DNA of 64,000 bases from Thermodesulfobacteriota bacterium (GTDB taxonomy: Bacteria; Desulfobacterota; Desulfobulbia; Desulfobulbales; SURF-16). Under the pieces are notes generated by a model. That model did not search any database. It was not told the DNA's origin and worked only from the letters and a program-made list of their open reading frames with translations. Where the stretch lies: positions 69,422-133,421 of the forward strand of contig JBDLIE010000002.1 in assembly GCA_039715015.1 (NCBI GenBank). Reading direction: 5' to 3'. This document shows positions 35,984 to 45,405 of the stretch, in pieces; position 1 is the stretch's first letter, and each line of letters starts with the position of its first letter. A program made the translations under genes and the position numbers.

Positions 35984-38527
35984 ATGAACAAAAGTCTTAA
36001 GTGGAAATTCATCCTTCTTTTCTTTCTCATTGCCTATTCCGCAGTAACCTTGCTCCCCTCTGTTTATTCCGGTGTACCAGGCTGGTGGAAAAACTATCTG
36101 GCCCCGGAAGGATTGAGCAAAGGCCTTGATCTTCAGGGCGGTATCCATGTTGTTCTTAAGGTCAACCTTGACAAGGCCATCGAAAACACCCTGACCTTTG
36201 CCACCAATGATCTGAAAACCCAGCTCAAAGAAAAGAAGATCACTGTGGTCAAGATGGACTCAGGTGATCCCCACAAAGTACTTTTCACCCTGCCCAACAA
36301 AAGCTCCCTGCCTGAAATTGAGGAAATGGTGAAAGAGGACTTTGTCGACCTGGCAATGGAAGTCCAAGAAAGTGGCGATTTTCCCCGAATCTTCCTCAAT
36401 CTTGCCGATGAACGGGTAAAATTCATCAACAATAATGCCGTCAACCAGTCCCTGGAGATTATCCGTAATCGTATTGACCAGTTTGGTGTCACCGAACCTG
36501 TCATCATTCGCCAGGGAAAGGATGAGGTGATTGTTCAGCTTCCTGGCGTTAAAGACCCGGCTCGGGCCAAAGACCTCATCGGCAAAACTGCCCAGCTCGA
36601 ATTCAAGCTGGTTGACGGCCCCGGCACCATCACCCTGCCTGCTCTTATTGATCAAGCCATCAATTCCGGCAAATGGCAGCAAGAACAAGATCCTACCATT
36701 CTCAATGAAGCCCTCAAGCATCAACTGCCTGATGAAACCGAGATCTATTTTGAAAAGGACGTTGACCCTGAAACCGGCATAGAAAGGTCCATCCCCCTAC
36801 TCTTAAAAACCCCAGTCCTGATGACCGGTGAAATGGTCAAGGACGCCCAGGTGCGGATTGGCGGCAATTTCAACGAACCTTATGTCAGCCTTGACCTCAC
36901 CGGACGTGGCGCCCGGGTATTCGGTGATATAACCGGTAAGCATATCAATGAACGACTGGCCATTGTCCTTGATGGCGTGGTGCGTTCCGCCCCTAACATC
37001 CAGTCTAAAATTTTGGGCGGCAGTGCCATGATTACCGGCTCCTTCACCTACGAGGATGCCAACGATCTGGCCATTGTCCTCCGGGTCGGTGCCCTGCCAG
37101 CCCCAGTTAAGATTGTCCAGGAGTTGACCGTGGGTGCCTCCCTTGGCCAAGATTCTATCAACAAGGGTTTGGCCTCGGGTCTTCTAGGCACGTTCCTGGT
37201 GATCCTTTTTATGGTTTTCTACTATCGTCTCTCCGGGGTCATTGCCAATTTTGCTCTGATCCTCAATGTTCTTTTTGTCTTTACCGGTCTTGCCGCCCTG
37301 CAGGCCACTCTGACTCTGCCAGGTATCGCCGGTATTATTCTTTCCATTGGTATGGCCGTTGATTCCAACGTCCTTATCTTTGAGAGGATGCGTGAGGAGT
37401 TTTCCCTGGGCAAATCGACACGAGCAGGAGTCGAAGGTGGTTACGACAAAGCCCTGTGGACCATTGTCGACTCCCAGGTCACCACCCTGATTACGGCCAT
37501 GGCCCTCTTTCTCTTTGGGACCGGCCCCATCAAAGGTTTTGCCGTCACCCTTTCCCTGGGCGTTACCTTTAACCTTTTCACCACCCTCTTTGCCACCCGC
37601 CTTGTTTACGATTTTCTCTATGAGAAAAACCTGCTGAAGCCCATCTCTTTTTTCGTGGTTTTCAAAAGGCCAAACATGGACTATATGGCCCTTCGCAAAT
37701 ACACCTTCATAGCCTCCGGCGTCCTTGTCATTCTTGGCCTCATCTCCGGCGGCCAAATCATGCGCGGCAAGGGCAACCTCGGCGTTGATTTCGCCGGTGG
37801 CGCCATGCTGCAGTATAAGGCGGACAAGCCCTTTACCCTTGGCGAGGTACGCCAGGTCCTTGCTGATTACGACCTGCAGCCCGTGGAAGACGGCAACCGT
37901 CTGATCGTAAAAATCAAGAAATCCTCCGAAGAGGTGGGTTCTGATGCCGTTACGGTGAGCAAACTTTTTGCCGACAATCTCGCCGATTATAACTTTACCC
38001 TGGAGAGCCAGTCGGAGATCGGTTCATCAGTAAGTGAGATGTTGCGCAACAAGGCGCTGCAGGCCATCCTCATCTCCTTAGCCGGTGTTATCTTCTACTT
38101 GGCCCTGCGTTTTGATCTGCGTTTTGGTGTTGCTGCTGCCATTGCAACCTTCCATGATGTTATTGTGGTGCTTGGCATCTGCTATCTTCTTAACATTGAA
38201 ATAACCCTGCTCATCGTCACTGCCCTGTTGACTCTGGCTGGTTACTCCCTTAATGACTCGGTGGTTGTCTTTGACCGAATCCGCGAGAATATGCGTAAAG
38301 ACGTCAAGATGGATTTTGCCCAGGTTATCAACCTTTCCATCAACGATGTCCTCAGCCGTACCTTTGTTACCTCGCTGACCTCCGCCATGGTGCTTGTCGC
38401 CCTTTTCTTTCTCGGCGGCACGGTTATCCATGACTTCTCCTTTGCTCTGCTTGCCGGTATTATTGTTGGTACCTACTCGTCAATCTTTGTGGCCAGCCCG
38501 GTTCTCTATATCTGGCGGAAGAGTTAA
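35984..38527 (+). CDS. secDF: protein translocase SecDF fusion
   Basis: GLDLQGG, RIDQFGV.EP, GMAVDSNVLIFER (SecD) plus GVDFAGG, GYSLNDSVVVFDRIRE (SecF). Confidence 0.96.
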   Translation: MNKSLKWKFILLFFLIAYSAVTLLPSVYSGVPGWWKNYLAPEGLSKGLDLQGGIHVVLKVNLDKAIENTLTFATNDLKTQLKEKKITVVKMDSGDPHKVLFTLPNKSSLPEIEEMVKEDFVDLAMEVQESGDFPRIFLNLADERVKFINNNAVNQSLEIIRNRIDQFGVTEPVIIRQGKDEVIVQLPGVKDPARAKDLIGKTAQLEFKLVDGPGTITLPALIDQAINSGKWQQEQDPTILNEALKHQLPDETEIYFEKDVDPETGIERSIPLLLKTPVLMTGEMVKDAQVRIGGNFNEPYVSLDLTGRGARVFGDITGKHINERLAIVLDGVVRSAPNIQSKILGGSAMITGSFTYEDANDLAIVLRVGALPAPVKIVQELTVGASLGQDSINKGLASGLLGTFLVILFMVFYYRLSGVIANFALILNVLFVFTGLAALQATLTLPGIAGIILSIGMAVDSNVLIFERMREEFSLGKSTRAGVEGGYDKALWTIVDSQVTTLITAMALFLFGTGPIKGFAVTLSLGVTFNLFTTLFATRLVYDFLYEKNLLKPISFFVVFKRPNMDYMALRKYTFIASGVLVILGLISGGQIMRGKGNLGVDFAGGAMLQYKADKPFTLGEVRQVLADYDLQPVEDGNRLIVKIKKSSEEVGSDAVTVSKLFADNLADYNFTLESQSEIGSSVSEMLRNKALQAILISLAGVIFYLALRFDLRFGVAAAIATFHDVIVVLGICYLLNIEITLLIVTALLTLAGYSLNDSVVVFDRIRENMRKDVKMDFAQVINLSINDVLSRTFVTSLTSAMVLVALFFLGGTVIHDFSFALLAGIIVGTYSSIFVASPVLYIWRKS

Positions 38528-39234
38528 TGTCCGCACCGCAGCTTCCAGAAAATATCAAGGAGATAAAAGAGCAGGAAGTCTTTCACTTCAACTGCCATCC
38601 CGGGGTCAAATGCTTTACCGATTGCTGTCGCCAGCTCGAGTTAGCTCTGACCCCATACGATGTGCTCCGCTTACGGCGTCATCTCGGCATCACCAGTAAA
38701 GAATTCATTGACCAATACGCCCTCGTTGAATGGCAGGAGGGAGACATCTTCCCCGCGGTTTATCTGGGAATGGTCGATGACGGCCATGTCAGCTGCCCCT
38801 TTGTATCTAAAAAGGGCTGCGCTGTTTATGACGGCCGGCCAGGGGCCTGCCGCACCTACCCCTTGGGACGGGCAGCCTTCCAACAGCCAGATGGCAGCCT
38901 GGGTTCTTTCCATGTTGTGCTTAAGGAAGATCATTGCCTCGGTTTTTCCGAGGCCGACGAGCAGAGTATTGCCCGTTGGACTGAGGGGCAAGGATTGCAG
39001 CTCTATAACCAGATGAATGATGCCATGATCACCATTCTCCATAATCCGGAGATAGCAAAAGGCTTTGTGCCCAATCCAGAACAGCGTGATCTCTTCATAA
39101 ACACCCTTTATGATATCGATTCTTTCCGGGCCTCAGGCAAGGTTGAGAATTGCCAGCAACTTGATGATGAAAATCTCCTTTTAGCTGCCATCAACTGGCT
39201 CCGCATCCAACTTTTTGGGTTTTTCAAATTTTAA
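38527..39234 (+). CDS. YkgJ-family (CxxCxxCC) cysteine cluster protein
   Basis: C..G..CF..CC, CPF...GC.VY..RP.ACR.YP. Confidence 0.85.
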   Translation: MSAPQLPENIKEIKEQEVFHFNCHPGVKCFTDCCRQLELALTPYDVLRLRRHLGITSKEFIDQYALVEWQEGDIFPAVYLGMVDDGHVSCPFVSKKGCAVYDGRPGACRTYPLGRAAFQQPDGSLGSFHVVLKEDHCLGFSEADEQSIARWTEGQGLQLYNQMNDAMITILHNPEIAKGFVPNPEQRDLFINTLYDIDSFRASGKVENCQQLDDENLLLAAINWLRIQLFGFFKF

Positions 39235-39251
39235 GGCGCCTTGAGAAGAAC

Positions 39252-39959
39252 ATGCTTACTCCGACAGCAAACATTTCCATTGCAGAAACGGAAACCGATC
39301 AGCAAACCCAAGCCCTTCTCCCCCCTGAAATCGCCCATAAACTGCAGCGTATCGCCAAAGAGTATTGTGACGAGGAAGGCGGTTGCCATGGCCCGGACCA
39401 CAGTCTTCGGGTAGAGGAGACAGCCCTGTTTATCGGGGCAAGAATGGGGGGCCGTCAGGATATCCTCCAGGCCTCGGCCATTCTCCACGATATAGGCCGC
39501 CGTTTTGAAACATCTAGCCAGGGGGCGATCTGCCATGCTGAGAAAGGTGCGGAAATGTCCCATGACATTCTCACGAATTGTGGCCTGGTGGCGCATGACA
39601 TTTCAGCAATATGCCATGCTATCCGCAGCCACAGGTTTCGCGGCACCAACATCCCGGAAACTCTTGAGGCACAAATCATTTTTGATGCCGACAAATTAGA
39701 TTCCATCGGTGCTATTGGTATTGGCCGCGCCTTTCTCTTTGCCGGCCAGATAGGTTCTCGCCTTCATAATGGCAGTCGCGACATAAGCGGCACCAAATCG
39801 TACAGCACTGAAGACACAGCCTATCGTGAATTTAAGGTCAAGATGTGCAAGGTCAAAGATCGGATGCTTACCCCTGTGGGCAAACAGCTTGCTATTGAAC
39901 GCCACGACTTTATGAAAATTTTCTTCAGACGTTTGGAGAGGGAAATTTTTGGTAGCTAA
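39252..39959 (+). CDS. HD-domain phosphohydrolase
   Basis: H...H..RV, LHDIGR, HA, DADKLD.IGA.GI.R. Confidence 0.85.
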   Translation: MLTPTANISIAETETDQQTQALLPPEIAHKLQRIAKEYCDEEGGCHGPDHSLRVEETALFIGARMGGRQDILQASAILHDIGRRFETSSQGAICHAEKGAEMSHDILTNCGLVAHDISAICHAIRSHRFRGTNIPETLEAQIIFDADKLDSIGAIGIGRAFLFAGQIGSRLHNGSRDISGTKSYSTEDTAYREFKVKMCKVKDRMLTPVGKQLAIERHDFMKIFFRRLEREIFGS

Positions 39960-40111
39960 GGGGAGAGAAAGAAGATCTGCAAATGTATTTTTTCTCTTTT
40001 TATGGTAGACATGATCGACGAGTCCATTAACAACGGCATTGCACGATACAACCATTTTCAATCCCGAATCATCCAAAAACTGGCAACGTACAGAGTTGCG
40101 GAGAAGATATA

Positions 40112-40936
40112 ATGGCAAATAAGGTTAAGGCCATCGTCATTACCGGCTATGGCACCAACTGTGAAAATGAAATGGCCCAGGCCTGCCGTCTCGGCGGTGC
40201 CGATCAGGTTGACATTGTCCATGTCAGCGAACTCCTCCATGGCGAGTATTGTCTGGACGATTACCATTTCCTCAATCTGCCAGGCGGTTTTCTTGATGGT
40301 GATGATCTTGGCGCCGGCCAGGCAGGGGCCCATCGCTTCCGGTACGCGTCCATTAGCGGCAGTGATGAAAAACTTCAAGACCAGCTCTTACGTTTTATCA
40401 AAGACGGCAAGTTGATTCTCGGTGTCTGCAACGGTTTCCAATTGATGGTCAAGATGGGACTATTGCCAGGTTTCGACAGCTGCTATACTGAACGCCAGGT
40501 CAGCCTGACCTATAACGATTCCAGCCGTTTTGAAGACCGCTGGGTAAACCTTGCAGTGGATAGCGATTGCCCCTGCGTGTTCACCAAAGGTCTCACCAAT
40601 CTCTACTATCCCATACGGCACGGCGAGGGCAAATTCGTCAGCAAGGACGAGGCCACCATGACACGAGTTTTAGACAATAAACTTGTTGCCCTTCGTTACA
40701 CTGACCCGCAAACCCTTGAACCCACCACCGACTACCCTTACAACCCCAACGGGTCCCCTCAAGGAATTGCCGGCATCTGCGACCCAAGCGGCAGGTTGTT
40801 TGGTCTCATGCCTCATCCTGAGGCATTTCTGCATCGGGTTAATCATCCCCGCTGGACCAGGGAAGAGATGCCGGACGAAGGTCAGGGTGTTGCCCTCTTC
40901 CGGAACGCTGTTGATTTCATCCGAAAAAACCTGTAG
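40112..40936 (+). CDS. purQ: phosphoribosylformylglycinamidine synthase glutaminase subunit
   Basis: GTNCE, PGGF..GD, GVCNGFQ, HGEG, MPHPE. Confidence 0.93.
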   Translation: MANKVKAIVITGYGTNCENEMAQACRLGGADQVDIVHVSELLHGEYCLDDYHFLNLPGGFLDGDDLGAGQAGAHRFRYASISGSDEKLQDQLLRFIKDGKLILGVCNGFQLMVKMGLLPGFDSCYTERQVSLTYNDSSRFEDRWVNLAVDSDCPCVFTKGLTNLYYPIRHGEGKFVSKDEATMTRVLDNKLVALRYTDPQTLEPTTDYPYNPNGSPQGIAGICDPSGRLFGLMPHPEAFLHRVNHPRWTREEMPDEGQGVALFRNAVDFIRKNL

Positions 40937-40969
40937 CCCTCTCTCTATAAGGCAAAGGTGGTGCCGGAT

Positions 40970-41701
40970 ATGACCATGGCCGACAGTGACATTAACTCCG
41001 AGACCAAGGAGCCTGCCCAGAAAATTATTGCCACCATCTTTGCCCTGCGCAAGACCCTGTTAGCACTTGGCACCGCTCTCTTTATTGGCACAGCTGGTTT
41101 CTATCTTATCTCTCCGCAGATTTTTTCCTTCCTCCAGGACCACCTGGAACAGCAATTGGCTTTTTTTACCGTGGCAGAACCTTTTCTGGCCCACGTTAAG
41201 CTCGCCTTGGTTGCCACCATCATCACCCTGATGCCGGCCTTCATCTTTTGCCTGTGGCGGGCCCTTGCCATCCCTTTTCGACTATCAATAACAAGTCAGG
41301 TCGCCTTTATCGTTACCACCTGTCTGCTCTTTTACGCCGGTAGCCTCTTTTGCTATTTCGTCACCCTTCCCTTTGGCATTACCTTTCTTCTTGGTTTTGA
41401 GTCAGACCAGCTCCAGTCTGTGATTTCCGTGGGACGTTTTGTTACCTTTGTCACCGTCTTCGTCATGGCCTTCGGCCTTATTTTCGAACTGCCCATCTTC
41501 ATGGTGTTTTCCGGCAAGGTGGGGCTCATTCCCCGCAGCAAATTCGCCGAGAACAGACGCTACGCCCTGCTGGCCATTGCCATTGTTGCCGCCTTATTGA
41601 CCCCAACCCCTGACGTGGTCAACATGTTACTGATGGGAGGACCTCTCTATATGCTTTACGAGGCAGGAATCCTCATCCTCCGCATGCTTCGTATCGAGTA
41701 G
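40970..41701 (+). CDS. tatC: twin-arginine translocase subunit TatC
   Basis: EPF...KLA, FELP, RRYA, LTPTPD; about six TM segments. Confidence 0.92.
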   Translation: MTMADSDINSETKEPAQKIIATIFALRKTLLALGTALFIGTAGFYLISPQIFSFLQDHLEQQLAFFTVAEPFLAHVKLALVATIITLMPAFIFCLWRALAIPFRLSITSQVAFIVTTCLLFYAGSLFCYFVTLPFGITFLLGFESDQLQSVISVGRFVTFVTVFVMAFGLIFELPIFMVFSGKVGLIPRSKFAENRRYALLAIAIVAALLTPTPDVVNMLLMGGPLYMLYEAGILILRMLRIE

Positions 41702-41708
41702 AAAATCT

Positions 41709-42134
41709 CTAGAACTCATAGAGTGCGAAACCATGCCTTTCAAGAAGTGCGGCTGTTACACCCTGGTTTCCGTTTACAGAACAAGATGGGCTTCTGGCCT
41801 TCAAACACACTCCGCAGATCTTTTGCTGGCGGGCAATGGCTAATACCTGGTTGGCCCCGGCAACAAACTGAGGGCTGACATCCGTACCGACTTTGGTTAT
41901 CACCTGAGCCGTACCGTTAAGAACGGCTCGACCATCACCACCTATAATATCTGCCGGGGGCCTTGGTGTTGCCAGGCCACCCAGTTGTTCTGGGCAGACC
42001 GGCAACCAGATTTTGCCCTGCAGAAACTGAAGACAGTTATCATTTGTCTTAGTCTTGCCATCATAACGAGTAGCAAGACCAATTAAACAGCTTGAAACCA
42101 GGAAAATAGCGCTTTTTTTCTCATTATTTGCCAT
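41709..42134 (-). CDS. DUF523-family protein (2-thiouracil desulfurase-like)
   Basis: VSSCL.G...RYDG, VCPEQLGGL.TPR, KARSPSC. Confidence 0.85.
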   Translation of the reverse strand: MANNEKKSAIFLVSSCLIGLATRYDGKTKTNDNCLQFLQGKIWLPVCPEQLGGLATPRPPADIIGGDGRAVLNGTAQVITKVGTDVSPQFVAGANQVLAIARQQKICGVCLKARSPSCSVNGNQGVTAALLERHGFALYEF

Positions 42135-42468
42135 AAAAACTATTTTCTCCTATCGGAACACTACTTTATCCTTTGCATTTAGAAAAAAATCGTGTAGCAG
42201 TTATAAAATGGTTTGAAATTTTTTGTATGAATCTCTTGAGGTTACCCCCTCTTTTAATTTGTACGTTCAAAAATTTTAAAACCCATGCTGCAAAAAACTT
42301 TTTTACTGAGCACTGTCCATATTAAAAAAATCTTTGTTTTTTATATGGTTAGCACGGAAATCAGCAGAAAAAAAGCGGCATGACCAACGGCAGTTGGGGG
42401 CATATATGTTTTTTGGGATATCTGGCTTACGCACACCAGACTATTAAGAACAAAAAATTTACAGAGAA

Positions 42469-42777
42469 ATGACCATGCCCGCAACAAGCCTTCAACAACT
42501 GTCTTATCCTGAGAAGAAAAAAATTCTTCTCATTTCTCTCTTTTTCATCACCGCACTTGGCCTCTGGCTCCTCTTTTCCCCTAAAGGTGGCCTCAAGTTC
42601 TACTCTGTCCAGAAAGAACTCATAGAAATTGAGCAGGCAAATGCCCAGCTCTATGCCGAAAATAAGACCTTGCGCCAAGAGATAGATAAATTGAAAACTG
42701 ACTCAGTCTATCTGGAAAAAGTTGCCAGAGAAAACGGCCTTTTAAAACGTGACGAAATGGTCTTTGTCTTCAAGTAA
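42469..42777 (+). CDS. FtsB/DivIC septum formation initiator
   Basis: TM helix, coiled coil, LEKVARENGL.K.DE.VF. Confidence 0.85.
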   Translation: MTMPATSLQQLSYPEKKKILLISLFFITALGLWLLFSPKGGLKFYSVQKELIEIEQANAQLYAENKTLRQEIDKLKTDSVYLEKVARENGLLKRDEMVFVFK

Positions 42778-42805
42778 ACTTACTTGGCCATGTGCTAGCT
42801 AGACC

Positions 42806-43393
42806 TTATTTTTGGCCAGCTCTTCTCATGTCGTCAAGAATCCAATCAACTGCTTCCTTAAGATTTTTGGCCACAAAAGCGGGCTGTACCTCCTGATGCG
42901 GTCCTATATATTTATAGTCTCCTTTCCCGTAGCCGGTTAGAACCAGCACGGGGATTGATCGACATTTTACCGCTGCTTTCAAATCAGACCAGCGGTCACC
43001 CACCACATAGGACCTCTCAAGGTCTATATCCAACTCTTGGGCAGCTTGATCAAACAGACCTGTTTTTGGCTTTCTGCAGGCACATGCTACACGATACTGT
43101 TCCTCCTTGGCCTCAGGATGATGGGGACAGATATAAATACCATCAACATGGGATCCCTCAGCGGCCAAAGCACCTTCCATCTTTTCATGGACCGTATCAA
43201 GAAGTTCAGCGGGAAAATAACCACGGGCAAGACCAGACTGATTTGTAACAACCACGACTGGGACACCGGCCTCATTAAGTGCCCTGATGGCAGGCGCTGC
43301 TTCAGGAAGCATCTGAAATCGGTCAATATGATTTATATACCCCATCTGTTCATTAATAGTTCCATCTCTGTCTAAAAACACCGCTGGTCGCAT
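42806..43393 (-). CDS. gmhB: HAD phosphatase, D-glycero-D-manno-heptose-1,7-bisphosphate 7-phosphatase-like
   Basis: FLDRDGT, TNQSG, CPHHP, CRKP, GDR.SD. Confidence 0.88.
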   Translation of the reverse strand: MRPAVFLDRDGTINEQMGYINHIDRFQMLPEAAPAIRALNEAGVPVVVVTNQSGLARGYFPAELLDTVHEKMEGALAAEGSHVDGIYICPHHPEAKEEQYRVACACRKPKTGLFDQAAQELDIDLERSYVVGDRWSDLKAAVKCRSIPVLVLTGYGKGDYKYIGPHQEVQPAFVAKNLKEAVDWILDDMRRAGQK

Positions 43394-43657
43394 GGCGCCA
43401 CTCTCCCTATAAAATTATAAACACTTAAAGTTTCGATAAAATTTAACGCGAACATCTTACAACTGCTCTTTTTTTTTGCATTATCATTCTCATCACTCAT
43501 CATAAATTTGCTCCCATGTAACAAGATGAGGAGTAATTCATGCTTTATTCTTGCCATTAAAGGCATCTACTTATTATAGATATAAATAACAATCTTAATC
43601 CACAAAGATAACAAAGAGATAGTGTAACTATTATTGCATGATACCGGGGGCAGCCAG

Positions 43658-45304
43658 ATGGAACAAAAGACCACTAAACAGTTTTATTGCAAACAAGTAA
43701 GAACCTCTCTTTTTATAACCTCCTTTTTAACAACAAGTTTCCTCACCTTTACTAGCCCTCAATTAGCTTCAGGAGCCTGTCTTGAGGGAGATTGTGACGA
43801 CGGTTTCGGAATTGCTGAAAGCCGCAGCGGCATTCGCTACGAAGGCAACTGGGCCGGCGCCCGTAAAGATGGACAAGGAACCCAGACTTATCCCAATGGC
43901 GATAAGTATGTGGGAGAATGGGCGAACGGCAAGCGTCACGGCAAGGGGGTAATGTACTATGCCAATGGCGAACAGTTTGAAGGTATTTTCGTAGATGGCC
44001 GCCAAAATGAAGGTTCTACCTCTGTTACAAAAACAGCAAAAACTACCAAAAAGCCAGGACCTACCAAGAAAGTTGAACCGCCTAAAAAGGCTGCTGTGGC
44101 TAAAAAAGCGAGTTCAAAAAAACAAAAAATTTATGATCTGAAAAATGGAGTCAAATATACCGGGGCAGTGAAAAATGGCATGCCCCATGGCCAAGGTACC
44201 ATTACGTATCCAGATGGCTCTAAATATACAGGCCAATTCAAAGATGGTAAACGCCAAGGCCAAGGCACCTATATTCTTGCCAACGGTATGTCGCACACAG
44301 GATCTTTCAAAAATGGCTTAGCCAATGGTCAGGGAAAACGCACTTACCCTAAAATTGGTACGTATACCGGCAAGTGGCTAAACGGCAAAAAGAATGGCCA
44401 GGGCAATTTCGCTTTTACAGATGGTAGCAAATACACTGGAAACTGGCTTAATGGTGATTACCAGGGACAGGGAGCTCGAATCTTTCCCGGTGGCAGCAAA
44501 TATGTCGGTGAATTTAAGGCTGGTGAAATGACAGGACAGGGCACCTATACAGATAAAAATGGTGCAACATTTATCGGTAAATTGACAAATGGCACAGCCA
44601 AGAGTTCAGGAAATATTACATTCAAAAATGGCGCACGGTATGCAGGATCCCTTCAAAAAGGCGCTTTTGGTGGCCAAGGCAGTTACTCCTTTAAAAACAG
44701 AGATAAATATGTTGGCCAGTTCAGTCTTGGCAAGCTAAATGGTAAAGGCACCTACAATCATGCGGATGGCCGTATTCATAATGGGAAATGGGCTAATAAC
44801 GTTATGCAGGGAAATGGCGCATATACTCTCAGGAATGGCTCCCGCTATTCAGGCCCCTTTGCAGCCAACAAGGCACACGGAAAAGGTGTGTTCAGCTACC
44901 AGAACGGTGACCGCTACAGTGGTGAGTTCAAAAATGGCCTCAGAGAAGGAGCCGGCTCTTATCGTTTTAGTAATGGCGATATCTTCACAGGCATCTGGGT
45001 TGGCAATAACCGGAACGGCAAAGGTAAATATATTTTCAACAATGGTGTGACCTGTATTGGCACATGGAAGAAAGACAAATTAACCGGCACGGCCACCTTT
45101 CAATACCCTAATGGCGACATGTACCAGGGAGGCATGCAGCAGGGCCTTCGCCAGGGTCCTGGCGTCTATCTTTTTCAAAATGGTGACAAGTACAAAGGGT
45201 TCTGGGCCATGGGCCTTATGGATGGCAAAGGGACCTACACCCCCAAAAACAGCAAGCCATATAACGCTGTTTGGGCGAAAGGCAAACTCTCCAAACGTTT
45301 ATAA
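43658..45304 (+). CDS. secreted MORN-repeat protein
   Basis: Signal-like N-terminus, CLEGDC.DG cap, and about 20 repeats of Y.G.(W/F).NG...G.G interrupted by a Lys/Thr-rich linker. Confidence 0.9.
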   Translation: MEQKTTKQFYCKQVRTSLFITSFLTTSFLTFTSPQLASGACLEGDCDDGFGIAESRSGIRYEGNWAGARKDGQGTQTYPNGDKYVGEWANGKRHGKGVMYYANGEQFEGIFVDGRQNEGSTSVTKTAKTTKKPGPTKKVEPPKKAAVAKKASSKKQKIYDLKNGVKYTGAVKNGMPHGQGTITYPDGSKYTGQFKDGKRQGQGTYILANGMSHTGSFKNGLANGQGKRTYPKIGTYTGKWLNGKKNGQGNFAFTDGSKYTGNWLNGDYQGQGARIFPGGSKYVGEFKAGEMTGQGTYTDKNGATFIGKLTNGTAKSSGNITFKNGARYAGSLQKGAFGGQGSYSFKNRDKYVGQFSLGKLNGKGTYNHADGRIHNGKWANNVMQGNGAYTLRNGSRYSGPFAANKAHGKGVFSYQNGDRYSGEFKNGLREGAGSYRFSNGDIFTGIWVGNNRNGKGKYIFNNGVTCIGTWKKDKLTGTATFQYPNGDMYQGGMQQGLRQGPGVYLFQNGDKYKGFWAMGLMDGKGTYTPKNSKPYNAVWAKGKLSKRL

Positions 45305-45328
45305 AGCTATCTACTTCTCCTTCCAAAG

Positions 45329-45384
45329 TCTAAAACCCAAAAAAGCTCAGGCCGTAAACGGCCTGAGCTTTTTTGGGTTTTAGA
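45329..45384. terminator. perfect 27-bp inverted repeat, bidirectional terminator
   Basis: TCTAAAACCCAAAAAAGCTCAGGCCGT-AA-ACGGCCTGAGCTTTTTTGGGTTTTAGA between convergent genes. Confidence 0.9.
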
Positions 45385-45405
45385 AAAAGTTTTGCGAAGA
45401 GATAA

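Noticed and set aside
43800..45300. Periodic ~69-nt sequence similarity that could suggest a CRISPR array or DNA tandem repeat
   Set aside because: The periodicity comes from 23-aa MORN repeats in an open reading frame. There are no identical direct repeats with unique spacers and no cas genes.
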